Source: Laetmonice hystrix (taxonomy: Eukaryota). From it: 64,000 nt of DNA. Shown here piece by piece: positions 36,941-48,900 of this stretch. A program made the position numbers and the translations under genes. A model generated the notes under the pieces. The model saw only the letters and a list, made by a program, of their open reading frames with translations. It searched no databases and was not told where the DNA came from. The stretch spans positions 38,566,001 through 38,630,000 of the forward strand of contig OZ249436.1 of assembly GCA_965235115.1 (NCBI GenBank). Reading direction: 5' to 3'. Numbering within the stretch: position 1 is the stretch's first letter; the number at the start of each line of letters is the position of its first letter.

Positions 36941-39900
36941 GTTGAATCATTATGTACACTGTCGGGAATACTCTGTGTTGATGGCGCGGATGGTCGCCGA
37001 GTCCAAGAACCACTTCGGTACTGGTCCTGCCAAACTATCTGCCGTTCACGATCGGTCTCCCGCCTCCGATGTTGCACCTGAAATTTGTTTAAATAGTAAT
37101 ATTTTATTAAGACAATTTCTTATAAATAATTTCAAATAAAGTAAAACGATAAAAATAACCTGGGGCCATTACCTCTTCCTCCTGCCTCAGTTTCATATCG
37201 TTGAGTGTCGACATGACGTGATCGAGCTTGTTATCATCACCATCCTCGTCGGTTTGTGACAGGCACAGAGCTCGGTTTAACGGGAAGAAGTCCAGCTTTT
37301 CCTGCTTCACCTAATGACACAGACATTACAAATACTTTAGCTCCTACTGTCTTTCATCCTATTAAAGTTATATTTACAGACTACCAAGGATATATTTAAA
37401 ATGCCTGAAGTGAATTTTTAAGTTCCTACCAAGTTTGCCACATGCATATCGACAGCTGTGTAATCGTTGGACTTGATATCATTCAAATGCAGTACGTAGA
37501 AAATGTAAGCCCACATGTTGTGGTCGTACTGGACATGGTGCCGGAACCCCTGGAATACACATGAGGAAACGTTAAACAGTTACAAGAACTTAACTTTAGT
37601 GTACCAAATCTCTGTAACACTTATTGAACTGAGGTTAAATTAGTATAAATATTCTTTGTTAAGGAATTCCCGCCATGCCAAAATTATATGTGTGTACATA
37701 CATGTCCCTCCTGTTCAAAGTCATAACAGTCACGGCTACAAATGAAGCAGGTGTCCCTCATATCCCGCTCGGCCGTCCACTGTCAATGACAATACAGACA
37801 TCAAATAAATCAGATATAAGGTCATAGGAGGTCATTGAAGGCGTAAGGAAGTTGAGTCTTCTCTGATATGCAGGAAAATGTCAGAAAAGTAAAAATTGAG
37901 GGAGTTATGATCGATCAGATACTACCCCCCCCCCCCCCCCAAAGGAAAATTAAAGAAGGAAAACAGAAGAAAGGTCATTCCATACTTGAAGCGAGATCAC
38001 TTTTCCGTTGTCCCATGCTATTATCGTTCTAATTTAGCCACGTGTGCTGCCTAGCACGTTGGACATTACCTTTCTGTCTCGGAGCTCGGAGAACGTGTCC
38101 ACAATGATACCGAAGATGACGTTAAGTGCGATCGTCGTGAAGAGGATGAAGAATGTCACCTGATATACGGTCAGCATCAGGAACATTCGGAACGACTTCC
38201 CGACTTCAGGTTGTTGGAATTTCTGTCAGAGGCGATACGCTCAAGGTGTAGTTTAAATCATTTAATAATAAATTATTAAAATTATACTTTCATCCACAAC
38301 GCCCTTGACGGAAGCCGTGACTTCATACAAACCTCTAAGACGTATGTACATGTATAAAACTATGCTGACAAAACAAATAACCGTTATTTCGTTTCCTCTT
38401 TAGTTTCACAAAAAAATCAGACCTATAGGTCCCAGTGGCGTATCCAGGGGGTTTCCAAGTATCCCGAACCCCCCCCCCCCCCTTGAATAAAAATACTATA
38501 TTAAGGACATTTTTGTAAAACAGTAGTGTAAAAAGTGCATTGTTTTAACCAAAGGGAATCTTCATATTTCCAAACAGGAGTAGACGTTCAGACATTGCAT
38601 TATCTGATTTTTTTTTCAATTTTCCAGAGGAGCATAGCATAAAGCCATCTCTGAAGTACCTAAACTCAGGACCCCCCCCCCCTCCCACCAATTTCTGGAT
38701 ATGCCCCTGGGTTCCATTTTACATTTTCCCATACAGTACCACTGTATCATCTACCAATCTGAGAATAAGGAGTAGGTCTCCTATACTAGCTTATACTTAC
38801 GTCAGCAATGTTCCCCACAACCCCGTACCGGATGACGGTGAGAACGCACTTGGCCAGCGAATGACAATAGAGCTCCGACGATGGGTCAAATATAGGTCGG
38901 AAGAACGCAAAGGCGATCAGCCCGTACAGATATATCAGGATTAACGCCATGAGCATGACCAACAGCAGGGAACGACCTGAAATAAAGGCGATCAGATCCG
39001 TACAGGTATATCAGGATTAACGCCATGAGAATGACCAACAGCAGGGAACGACCTGAAATAAAGGCGATCAGATCCGTACAGGTATATCAGGATTAACGCC
39101 ATGAGAATGACCAACATCAGGGAACGACCTGAAATCAGTGGTATTTCTATAATCATAACAGTTTCGGAGGAAACTGATTGTTAATAAATACGCGATACTT
39201 ACCTCATAACATATGAGAGACTTACAGTTTCTCGATTCCCAATGGTCAAAAAATTTAATAAAAGTGTTCTAAGTGAAACAAGAATGAGTTCCACCAGAAC
39301 TCCTGTCTATCTAACATATTCGGTGTATGGCTCCCTCTAGCGGAGATCCGCTGAATCGTGCGCCCCCTAGTGTCCATGTGACCTAGTAGTCAGATTTAAA
39401 TGACCACTAAGCGGGGAGGCGGGAAGGGCCTGACCCTCCTGACCACCAAGTTCACGCAATAGAACTGTAAAGGTGGTGTCTAATAGCCAAAAGGCAGCCT
39501 CGAGGAATTCGGCGAAGGTTACTCCATTAATAGGAGCCCAGGACGCAGAAATCGCCCGCACCTCAAGAACCTTAACACGATGAAACTGAAAAGACTTGGA
39601 CAAGGCCGCGTCTGCCCGAGTCATAGCTAAGCTAAAGCCTTCCACCTAGAAATGTAGCCGGCGTGATGTCGAGGGGTACGCACTCACCAAAAGACACGAC
39701 ACCCCCTCTAACAGGCAGCTCTACAGGCGCTCCTCATCATCCGGCCTGAGCTCGGAGCTCAGAGCCAGGGTCGGGTTGTTAGCCACAGAGTGTGGTAACA
39801 AAGGTCACAATGGAGGAACAGGGGCCAAAACGCGCTCCCCCGAAGGCAGTAAATTCCGACCACCTCAGCCCTGAGGTTAATGCTACAGGAACATGGTCTT

Positions 39901-42900
39901 TCAAGTACAACTTGGTGTACGGAAGACATAAGATAAATAAGGGGGGACGCAACAATGCGTTCAGTACCACCGACCAACTCCAGTAAGGGGCCTTCCTCGG
40001 CTTTACGGGCTCAAGAAATATCAAGTTGCGTCATAGCGCACTGAGTTCCCGTCAAGAGCTAAAGGAACCTCCGCCTGGTGCTGATGCATTTGCTGCAATC
40101 ACTGATCTGATTCCTCGCACGGCGGAGACCGACAACCCCCGAAGAAACCTGTCAAGCAGACAATCGGCTACTGACAGGGGGCGGTGAGATCAAAGTCATA
40201 TGTTCCCCTGCCCATTCAATAAGGAAGGCCCGCTGTCTCGATACGCAGCTTGCGAGGAGGGCCTATGTTTCTCGGCAATGCTCTGGGCCGCTTGTCCCGA
40301 GAATCCACGCTTCTCACCTCTGTTCCTGACAAGCAGAGGGGTGTAAATCGAAAATCTTCGGAGCTGAATGCCACTTCCCTCTCTAAAACAACAGATCGGG
40401 GTCATAAGGCAGGGATCGAGCCCAATCCTGCAACAATTCTGATATCTCTGTGAAACAAGGCCAACCCGGCCCATATTATGACTGGCCCAGACAGGCGCGT
40501 TTCGCGGCGCGTTCGAGACGCGTCGGCCATTTTTATGCACGCCTCGTGATGCACGCGTCCTGTGTGGGTCGCTAATCACGCAGGCGTCAGCCGTTTCTGA
40601 CGCACGCGTCGACTTTTTCACGCGCGTGACTGGCCCAGACAGGCGCGTTTCGAGGCGCGTCGCCCATTTTGACGCACGCCTCTTGACGCACGCACGCACG
40701 CACGCACGCCCCTGTGTGTCCCCGGTTTTAAACTTGCCCTGCACATGAAATGACGCACAACGTCACTCGGTGCTGGCGACACCACCAGAGGATGTCCCCG
40801 GTTATCCGGAATAGTAGCAGTGACCGAGTGTCCCTTTGATTTAACAGATAGGTCACTGCCATCCCAACTAACACACAACCTTTTCACAACGTTGAATAAA
40901 GTTGTAGTTTGGTCACTTCACAACGTTGTGTCTAACGAAACTACAACGTTGTGGCAACATAGAAAACCAAACAAATTTACGTAGCGTTATGGGAACGTTG
41001 TAGCAACGTAATATTGCTAGCTGGGATCGTACTGTCGGGGTGGATCAGGACTACTGATCGCGTCGGTAGCCAGGCGAAGTGATGAAGAGCCTAGGCAAAT
41101 TGCCTTTAATTCTAGACCATATATGTATCCGTGCCACACCCCGCTCCAACTATTTCGGAAATAGCTCCCCAACCTCCCTGAGATATCTGTGGAGAAGGGA
41201 AACATCCGGGATTAGATATTCCAAAGTACACCCCTCTGAAAAGTCTGTGGATCGATCCACCACTGGAGGAACTGCACCAGAGACCGAGGAAGGAGAACCC
41301 TGCACCCGCCGAGGAAATCCCTGCTCGGGCGCCACGCACTCAACAACGCAAACTTCATCAGTCACCCATGCAGTTTGCCAAGCGGTCCTGAGTTCAAAAA
41401 AGAAAACTCCGATAAACTGCAGACATAGCTTGTCGGTGCAACTTCCAGGCCTATACACTTCACCAGGTATATCCTCCATCCCAGGGGAGGTAAAACTGAG
41501 AGCAACTGGGTGGCTTGAACGGGCCACACCATGTAAGGCTGAAGCTCCATCCCTTCTGACCTGTCCAGCTTCCCAACTGTGTTGCCAGCTAGGTAAACTC
41601 GGACCGAACGGCAGACTACCAACTGGAAACATGGACTGTCGTTGGAACACTGAGAAACTTCTAGTGCAAGAAAGTGTCCTCGATGTCTATCGTGACGGCC
41701 CCGCCTCTTACCTATAGACACTGAGACATGCCACGTTTCTCGAGAACCCCTACGGGTTTAAGGAAAATAATTTCCGGGGCGGACTCACTACCGACCCTAA
41801 AGTGACGACTGCACCTTTCTCTCGAAGTTTCCTGATCTCTCCTATTCTTAGCTTAGAACTTAAGGAAACAGAAAGGGAGGGCCCTGCGAGAGCGAGCCGA
41901 CGCTCGACAAACTCCAGACGCAATCACTCCCTGAGAACAGACAGGGTCCAAGGAATCTGGTAATTGATGAAGCAAGCTCACCGCTTGTGTGCGCTTCGTT
42001 GTAAGCGAACGCTTAATTCCGAACCAAAATGTCCAGATCCAACTCAGGCTTATATCGCGAGACGGCTATGACAAACTGAGGACTTAGAGTCGAACCCCGG
42101 CGAAACAAGATGGAGTAGATAGGAATCAAAATCCAAACTCTATGTTGAGTGACGTATAAGGCCAGGGCCGCCCTAGTCCTATCGCCGAAAGATATAGCCT
42201 CCGGCGACTATAACCAAGGTCGGCCTAGATGGCCGCCGTCGTGACTAGGCGAACACGGTTTGCCTGAGCAAAGAAAGGGCACTTTGGAACTGAAACGGTC
42301 GAAGGCTCCTTCAGTCCAAGAGAAAGGTCCCCTGGGTCCAACCTAGAACCCCCTACCAGGAGGGTCCGAATGCAGAGTACATTCCGCCATAAAAAACGGA
42401 TTAACGGGGGTTGATCTCCCCTAACGTCCGACCGAAGTAGGGTACAAGGGGAAGGGATCCGTGAAAAGATCCATAGTTGGACAAACTGAGCGTAGATCCT
42501 CTACACCCCCCGAAACTCTGCCCGTAACCGTCTAGATATTGGCAACCAATCCATGCCAAATCGCCACAAATAACAGACCATATAGGACTATATATATATA
42601 TATACATATCCGGTGTGATTAACTCAAATTTTTGAGTCACCATGTTTTTCTCTGTCTCACATTTTAAAAACTGTATCAACATGCAGTTTTCCAGATAGTC
42701 TGATCTTTACCACCGTTTCCATAGACTACTCACAGCCATAGATGGCGCTACAAGGACTCTACCTCGTGCCATCAAGGTCCCCAAGCCAGTTTAAATAACT
42801 TCATGTGTGTCAGGCGGGGGGACAAAGAGAACAGGAAATTTTAGGATTTTCAAAAAAGCCGATTTAAAGATTTTCAAGGCTTACTTGACTTCAAGGCCCT

Positions 42901-45900
42901 GCGGAGACCCTGCAAGCATACAAGAGAGAGGCCGCCTCTAGCCTACTGACTCCCCCGATCCGCGAGGGAGGCGCGATTACGCTGCCTGGCCGACAGAGCA
43001 CTCCTCGATCGGTCGCGTAAGCCTAGGCCATAGGCCTATACTGATCGACATCAATTCTCTCATGGTCCCAAGATCTAGACCAGACCATGGTGACGACGCT
43101 GTCCTATGAAAACCCCAAAGTCTAGTGCGACGGCCACCTTGACCCGGGCAACGATCCTGAGATCGACGACCCGCGTGAAAGAGACGTTCCTAGGTACAGA
43201 CGATCGCGAACGCTCCCGATCTCGGTCTGGATGCCGTCTCGGGGATTAAATATACATAATATCGCCTGCACGATATCGTCTCAATGGTCTAGATGCGAGA
43301 GATATCTTCCTGGCATGTAGATCTCTAGCCAAGGCATCGATCTCGAACTCGATCTTTATTTCCTGATCTAGTCATTACGGGGAGATCGATCAACAAACAA
43401 AATCGTCTGTGCGATCTTGTCTCTAAATGCACTTAGTGCGAGAGAACTCTTTCCTCGCATGTATCCTAGGCCTAGATCTCTAGCTCTATAGGCACCGATC
43501 CTGATCCTTATCCCGATCCTGATCTGGATTCCGATCCTAACTGGATCTCATCGATCTCGAGCTCGACGGACCTGCCAAATCTTGTGCCTATCAAGCGGGG
43601 AAATCTTAACCCCAAAATTCGGAGTTCTCCCGCCTAAGCAGGAGTAACGATCTCGACCTCGAGCCAGGAACGATCTGGAGTAAGGCTCGGTGCCTGATCT
43701 TGATCAGATCGGATCAGATCGGGGGATCGAACCGCAGATCATCAAATGATCGACTGCCCGACATCGTCTCAGTGAGCCTATACGAGAGATCTCAATCCTC
43801 GCATGCCCGAGGCACTGAGGCCCGATGGCACATATTATGACCGATCTCAGGAAGAATCCCCGATCGTCTACGTGCGTCTGCGCGGCTCGCCGCGGCTGGC
43901 CCGGGTGGTCTCCTCGAGGAGACCACCGGACGCAGACGAGGGGGAGAACGGTCGCTCGAGCTGTGGCTCGAGGCGAACGCGAGTCTCCCCTCGCGTCAAG
44001 AGATCGATCCCGAGCCGACTCGCGCGGCTGGCCTCCTCGAGGAGACCACCGGACGCAGACGAGGGGGAGAACGGTCGCTCGAGCTCTGGCTCGAGGCGAA
44101 CGCGAGTCTCCCCTCGCGTCAAGAGATCGATCCCGAGCCGACTCGCGCGGCTGGCCTCCTCGAGGAGACCACCGGACGCAGACGAGGGGGAGAACGGTCG
44201 CTCGAGCTCTGGCTCGAGGCGAACGCGAGTCTCCCCTCGCGTCAAGAGATCGATCCCGAGACGCTGAACGTCTGCGTGTGATCGTCTCAACGGGCTTAAT
44301 TCCCATTCCTCGCGTGGGAAGCCCGAGGCACCGATCCCGAGACATTATCATTTCGACCCAGTGATCGGTGCCTACGCTGTACGCCACCCGCTGTGCGTGA
44401 TTGAGCGTATCAGACTGGTCAGGTGGGTGCGTAGGTCGAGGATCCATGACCTTACGCTTACCCACCTAGTCCTGCACGGGACTGACCAGCTGATTGAAAC
44501 GTGAGCGTGACGTCACACCCTTAGCCCCCCGGCGGGCGGGTGGGTGGGCGGGTGACACGCTTCATTGCCTGGAGCAAGCACAGTGTGCACCCCGGCTCAC
44601 TGCTGACCGTTCCGCCTGGTCAGACAAGGCCAACCGAGGAAAACTTGTCGGTCAACATGGCCTCGCTTACCTGGACTAACAGAGGCCGACAAGGAGTGTA
44701 TACCTGGCCCTTAGAATAACTCAGGGAACATGCTGAATAACTTCTACCACACAAGGAGGTAGTGCGTCTACCTATATTGGTAGACTACAAACAACAAATA
44801 GACAGGAATGACCAAAGGGAATACAGAACTATAAGGAAAAAACCACGGTACTCACGAAGACGTCCTGCGGTAGCAGTGGTCATTTCAAATCTGACTACTA
44901 GGTCACATGGACACTAGGGGGCGCACGATTCAGCGGATCTCCGCTAGAGGGAGCCATACACCGAATATGTTAGATAGACAGGAGTTCTGGTGGAACTCAT
45001 TCTTGTTTCACTTAGAACACTTTTATTAAATTTTTTGACCATTGGGAATCGAGAAACTGTAAGTCTCTCATATGTTATGAGGTAAGTAGAAGCGTATGTA
45101 ATTAACCCTTTGATTACCGTGCACAGGCTGAAGAGTGCAGCATGGTATTTTGGCCTAACCGTCGAACAGCGTGCACTTATAAATGCATAACACGCATTTA
45201 CATTATAAAACTCTGTCAGGGTCACCAATCATTTGCTTGGTTCGAACTTTCTAAGGCGTATTATGATATTTTAAATTTCGCGTGGGAGACTCTGTGGCGC
45301 AATCGGCTAGCGTGTAAAGGCTGGATCACACATAGCCGACCAGCCGACCGATGGTTTCAGCCGACGGTGCACCCGTCGGTTGGCTGTCGGCTGACTCTCC
45401 CGACCGACCGATGGTCAACCGATCCTCATTTACACTAAAAATTGGATTACATATAGCCGATTTTTCATCCGATTCGTCATCGGCTGGCCGTCGCTGATGT
45501 GTAATCAGGAATCGGCTGAGAGTCGGCTGGCTCAGCCGACGTCGGCGACCAGTCGGCTTCCCAACCGATTGAATCAAATCATTTTGATTTTGTCGGTTGG
45601 TCGGTTAGCGATCGGTTCAGTGGTGACTGAGGCGTTTTCAACCAAATGACGTTTGATCACGTCATGTGACTCGATGGTGTCCGCACAAATATATTATGGC
45701 AGAATACCATGGCTAGGTCGAAGTGTGACACCAAAAAGAGAGGGATAAACTTTTCGTGTGGCTACTCCAGCCCCGGAGGCTTCTGCCGACCGATAACCAA
45801 CGGATCATGCGATCAAGCGATAGCAAACCGATCATCAATTACATACAGCCGATTTCCAACCGATCCCACCGCCGATTGCTAACCGATCCTACATCCGATT

Positions 45901-48900
45901 GCTAACCGATCCTAAAACCGACCAGACCTGGGCGTCATATCATCAGGTGTGTTTCTATATGGATTACAAAAGTCGGCTAACAGGTGGCTGCTTTTGGTGC
46001 TATTCGAGCTGCTGCTACACCCTTGACAATTCTGGGTAAAGATCTTCTGCCAAAACAGCAGCAACATCTGATATATTATCATGGCTATTCAGTTTATTTC
46101 TTGTTGTTGAAAATATAAGGATAGGTTTTGACAACACTTGGATGTCTCCTAAATTAAAGAAAGCACCACTTTCCATCGAGAGAACTATTGAATATATTAT
46201 TTTATGACTTCCTGTTTTGTTAGGCTTAGCCATACCTACCCACCCTAAACTGGCTACGTGCCCCTAACCGACCAACCGACAAAATCAAAATAAATCGGTT
46301 GGGCAGCCGATTGGTCGCCGTCGTCGGCTGAGCCAGCCGACACCTGATTACACAGCAGCGACGTCGGCAGAAGGATCGGCTGGGACAGCCGACGGTCCGC
46401 CGATGGCGAATCGGATGGAAAATCGGCTATGTGTGATCAGGCCTTAAGACTGTTAATGTAAAGGTTGGTGGTTCGAGCCCACCCAGGGACGAAATATTTT
46501 AAACATTTTGTATATGGTTTAACCACAGGCAGCAAGCTGCCGGCCACTGTCACTGAACCTGTATACACACTGGTTTGAATGACAGGCCCATCCCGCCCCC
46601 TATTGGCCGGTATTTGGTTACGTCAGCACTGGACCAATTCCAACCGCTTATGAGACCCCGCCCCAGGCTAGTTAGAATCCGTCAGGCTGACGTGCTGTGC
46701 CGTTTTTGGTCATCGACCTGATGAACTCCCTGAGAAGTTCATAGTCCGTCAGACTGACGTCATTATACCGGACTGGGTCACCGTCTAACATGACGTACCG
46801 TTTGGGTCACCGCCCTGATGACTCCTTGAGAAGTTCATAGTCCGTCAGACTGACGTCATTATACCGGACTGGGTCACCGTCTAACATGACGTACCGTTTT
46901 GGGTCACCGCCCTGATGACTCCTTGAGAAGTTCATAGTCCGTCAGACTGACGTCATTATACCGGACTGGGTCACCGTCTAACATGACTTACCGTTTTGGG
47001 TCACCGCCCTGATGACTCCCTTGAGAAGTTCATACTCCGTCAGACTGATGTCATTATACCGGACTGGGTCACCGTCTTACATGACTTACCGTTTTGGGTC
47101 ACCGCCCTGATGACTCCCTTGAGAAGTTCATACTCCGTCAGACTGATGTCATTATACCGGACTGGGTCACCGTCTTACATGACGTACCGTTTTGGGTCAC
47201 CGCCCTGATGACTCCCTTGAGAAGTTCATACTCCGTCAGACTGATGTCATTATACCGGACTGGGTCACCGTCTTACATGACGTACCGTTTTGGGTCACCG
47301 CCCTGATGACTCCCTTGAGAAGTTCACAGTCCCAGACTGACGTCATTATACCGGACTGGGTCACCGTCTGATGTGACTTACCGTTTTGGGTCACCGCCCT
47401 GATGACTCCCTTGAGAAGTTCATAGTCCGTCAGACTGATGTCATTATACCGGACTGGGTCACCGTCTTACATGACTTACCGTTTTGGGTCACCGCCCTGA
47501 TGACTCCCTTGAGAAGTTCCCAGTCCCAGACTGACGTCATTACCGGACTGGGTCACCGTCTGGCATGACTTACCGTTTTGGGTCACCGCCCTGATGACTC
47601 CCTTGAGAAGTTCGCTGCTGTACACGATGTTGAGCAGATGGAAAGCGAAGAAGTACGCATAGAGAAACGTCCCGGCAAAGGAAAGTACCATCAAAAGCTA
47701 AGAGAACAAAAAAAGATCGTAATATTCCTTGTCATCAAAGCAGTGATAGAACAAGTGGAAAGACGTTCATACATTAGTTATTTTGTACTTGGAGACTTGG
47801 TCTGTACCCTTAAGTCAAATATGATTTTCTTTACCTTGTTCTTCTAAATTGACTCTCATTAATGTTTACTTTAATATGTTAATCTGATATGTCGTTATTA
47901 CATAATAAAATATTAATATTCTTGAAGTAGAGGAATGACCTAGTAGGCCTACAGGCCGGCCTACATACCACGAAGTACAATGTGGTGGCACTCAGAAGAT
48001 TTGTCTGCAGCTGCGACTGGCGCTTCGGCTCTTCTAGTTTCTCATCATCATCGTAATTCTCTGCCTTCCTTTCGAACATTTTACTGAAAACATACGGGGG
48101 ATTTAAATCTGATTCGATTTATAGCACCGTATGGCACACGATGACAACATACTGACAATACCACAGCTCTGCCGTTGTTTTTGGCAACCAGTGTTTTCAT
48201 GCTGGTATAGGCAACTGGAACACAAAATCGGCGATGGTGTGGTCAGCCCTTCTTCAAGTTCTAACAAAAGTTTACAGAGTATACGATCAAACACTGAGGA
48301 TAGTACCTGAATTTCGTCCTGAGGGCCGAGAAGTCGGGAAGAGCTGGGCGCCGAATGACCAAGTAAGAGGCGAGGAGCATCAGAGAGCAGGCATTGTGGC
48401 AGATGCCGGTCACCAGAATGGCCGTGTGGTAGCCGCCCCAAGAGATGGCTGGTATTGGGCTGGAAAACAAGAAAACAAGAAAAATCTCTCCCTCAGTAAA
48501 AACAAAATATTGACACTGACATACACTGGGAAGCTTTGTCACTCCTGATAGGGACAGGAAGATAGTTTCTGAACCTTTCTAAATCTCCCCTGGCGGTGCA
48601 ATACAAAAAAATATAGAGGGCCTGCGTTCAATCTGTTTCTATATATTTCAACCAATTCACAAGCCCACTGTCTATGTTTTGAAACATTATGTGTTTTCCC
48701 CCTTTCAGATTTGACAAGCAATGGTCGATTACAAGCTCACTCTCCGACCGCATTCCTTCTATCTAGTGAGGAAGCACACTGAAACGAAGTCGTACATTAC
48801 CTGGTCATTTCTTTCGGTAAGGTTGTAGCATTGGGCGCAATTTCATCAAAAAACATGGGAGCTTGCCAGGCTTCCAGCATTATTCCTTGAATCACCAATG

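Larger units (their letters stand above)
39181..45105 (-). mobile_element. Decayed DIRS-type tyrosine-recombinase retrotransposon in the gene B intron 38977-47573
   Basis: ~213-bp near-identical inverted terminal repeats at 39196-39408 and 44875-45088. Minus-strand remnants, all frameshifted: tyrosine recombinase (KVLEVRAISASWA...LEAAFW; APYWSWSVVLNALLRPP; ALTSGLRWSE), RNase H-like YIYGLELKAI, RT-like SLPFG. Confidence 0.8.

Noticed and set aside
36298..37081. 150-215-aa repetitive ORFs on both strands
   Set aside because: These are by-products of a 42-bp repeat. The real coding frame is gene B's last exon, ending at TAA 36934.
43704..44465. Arg/Ser-rich ORFs open in several frames
   Set aside because: They arise from a GC-rich 123-bp triplication in the decayed DIRS element. 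At most this is a gag remnant, not a host gene.
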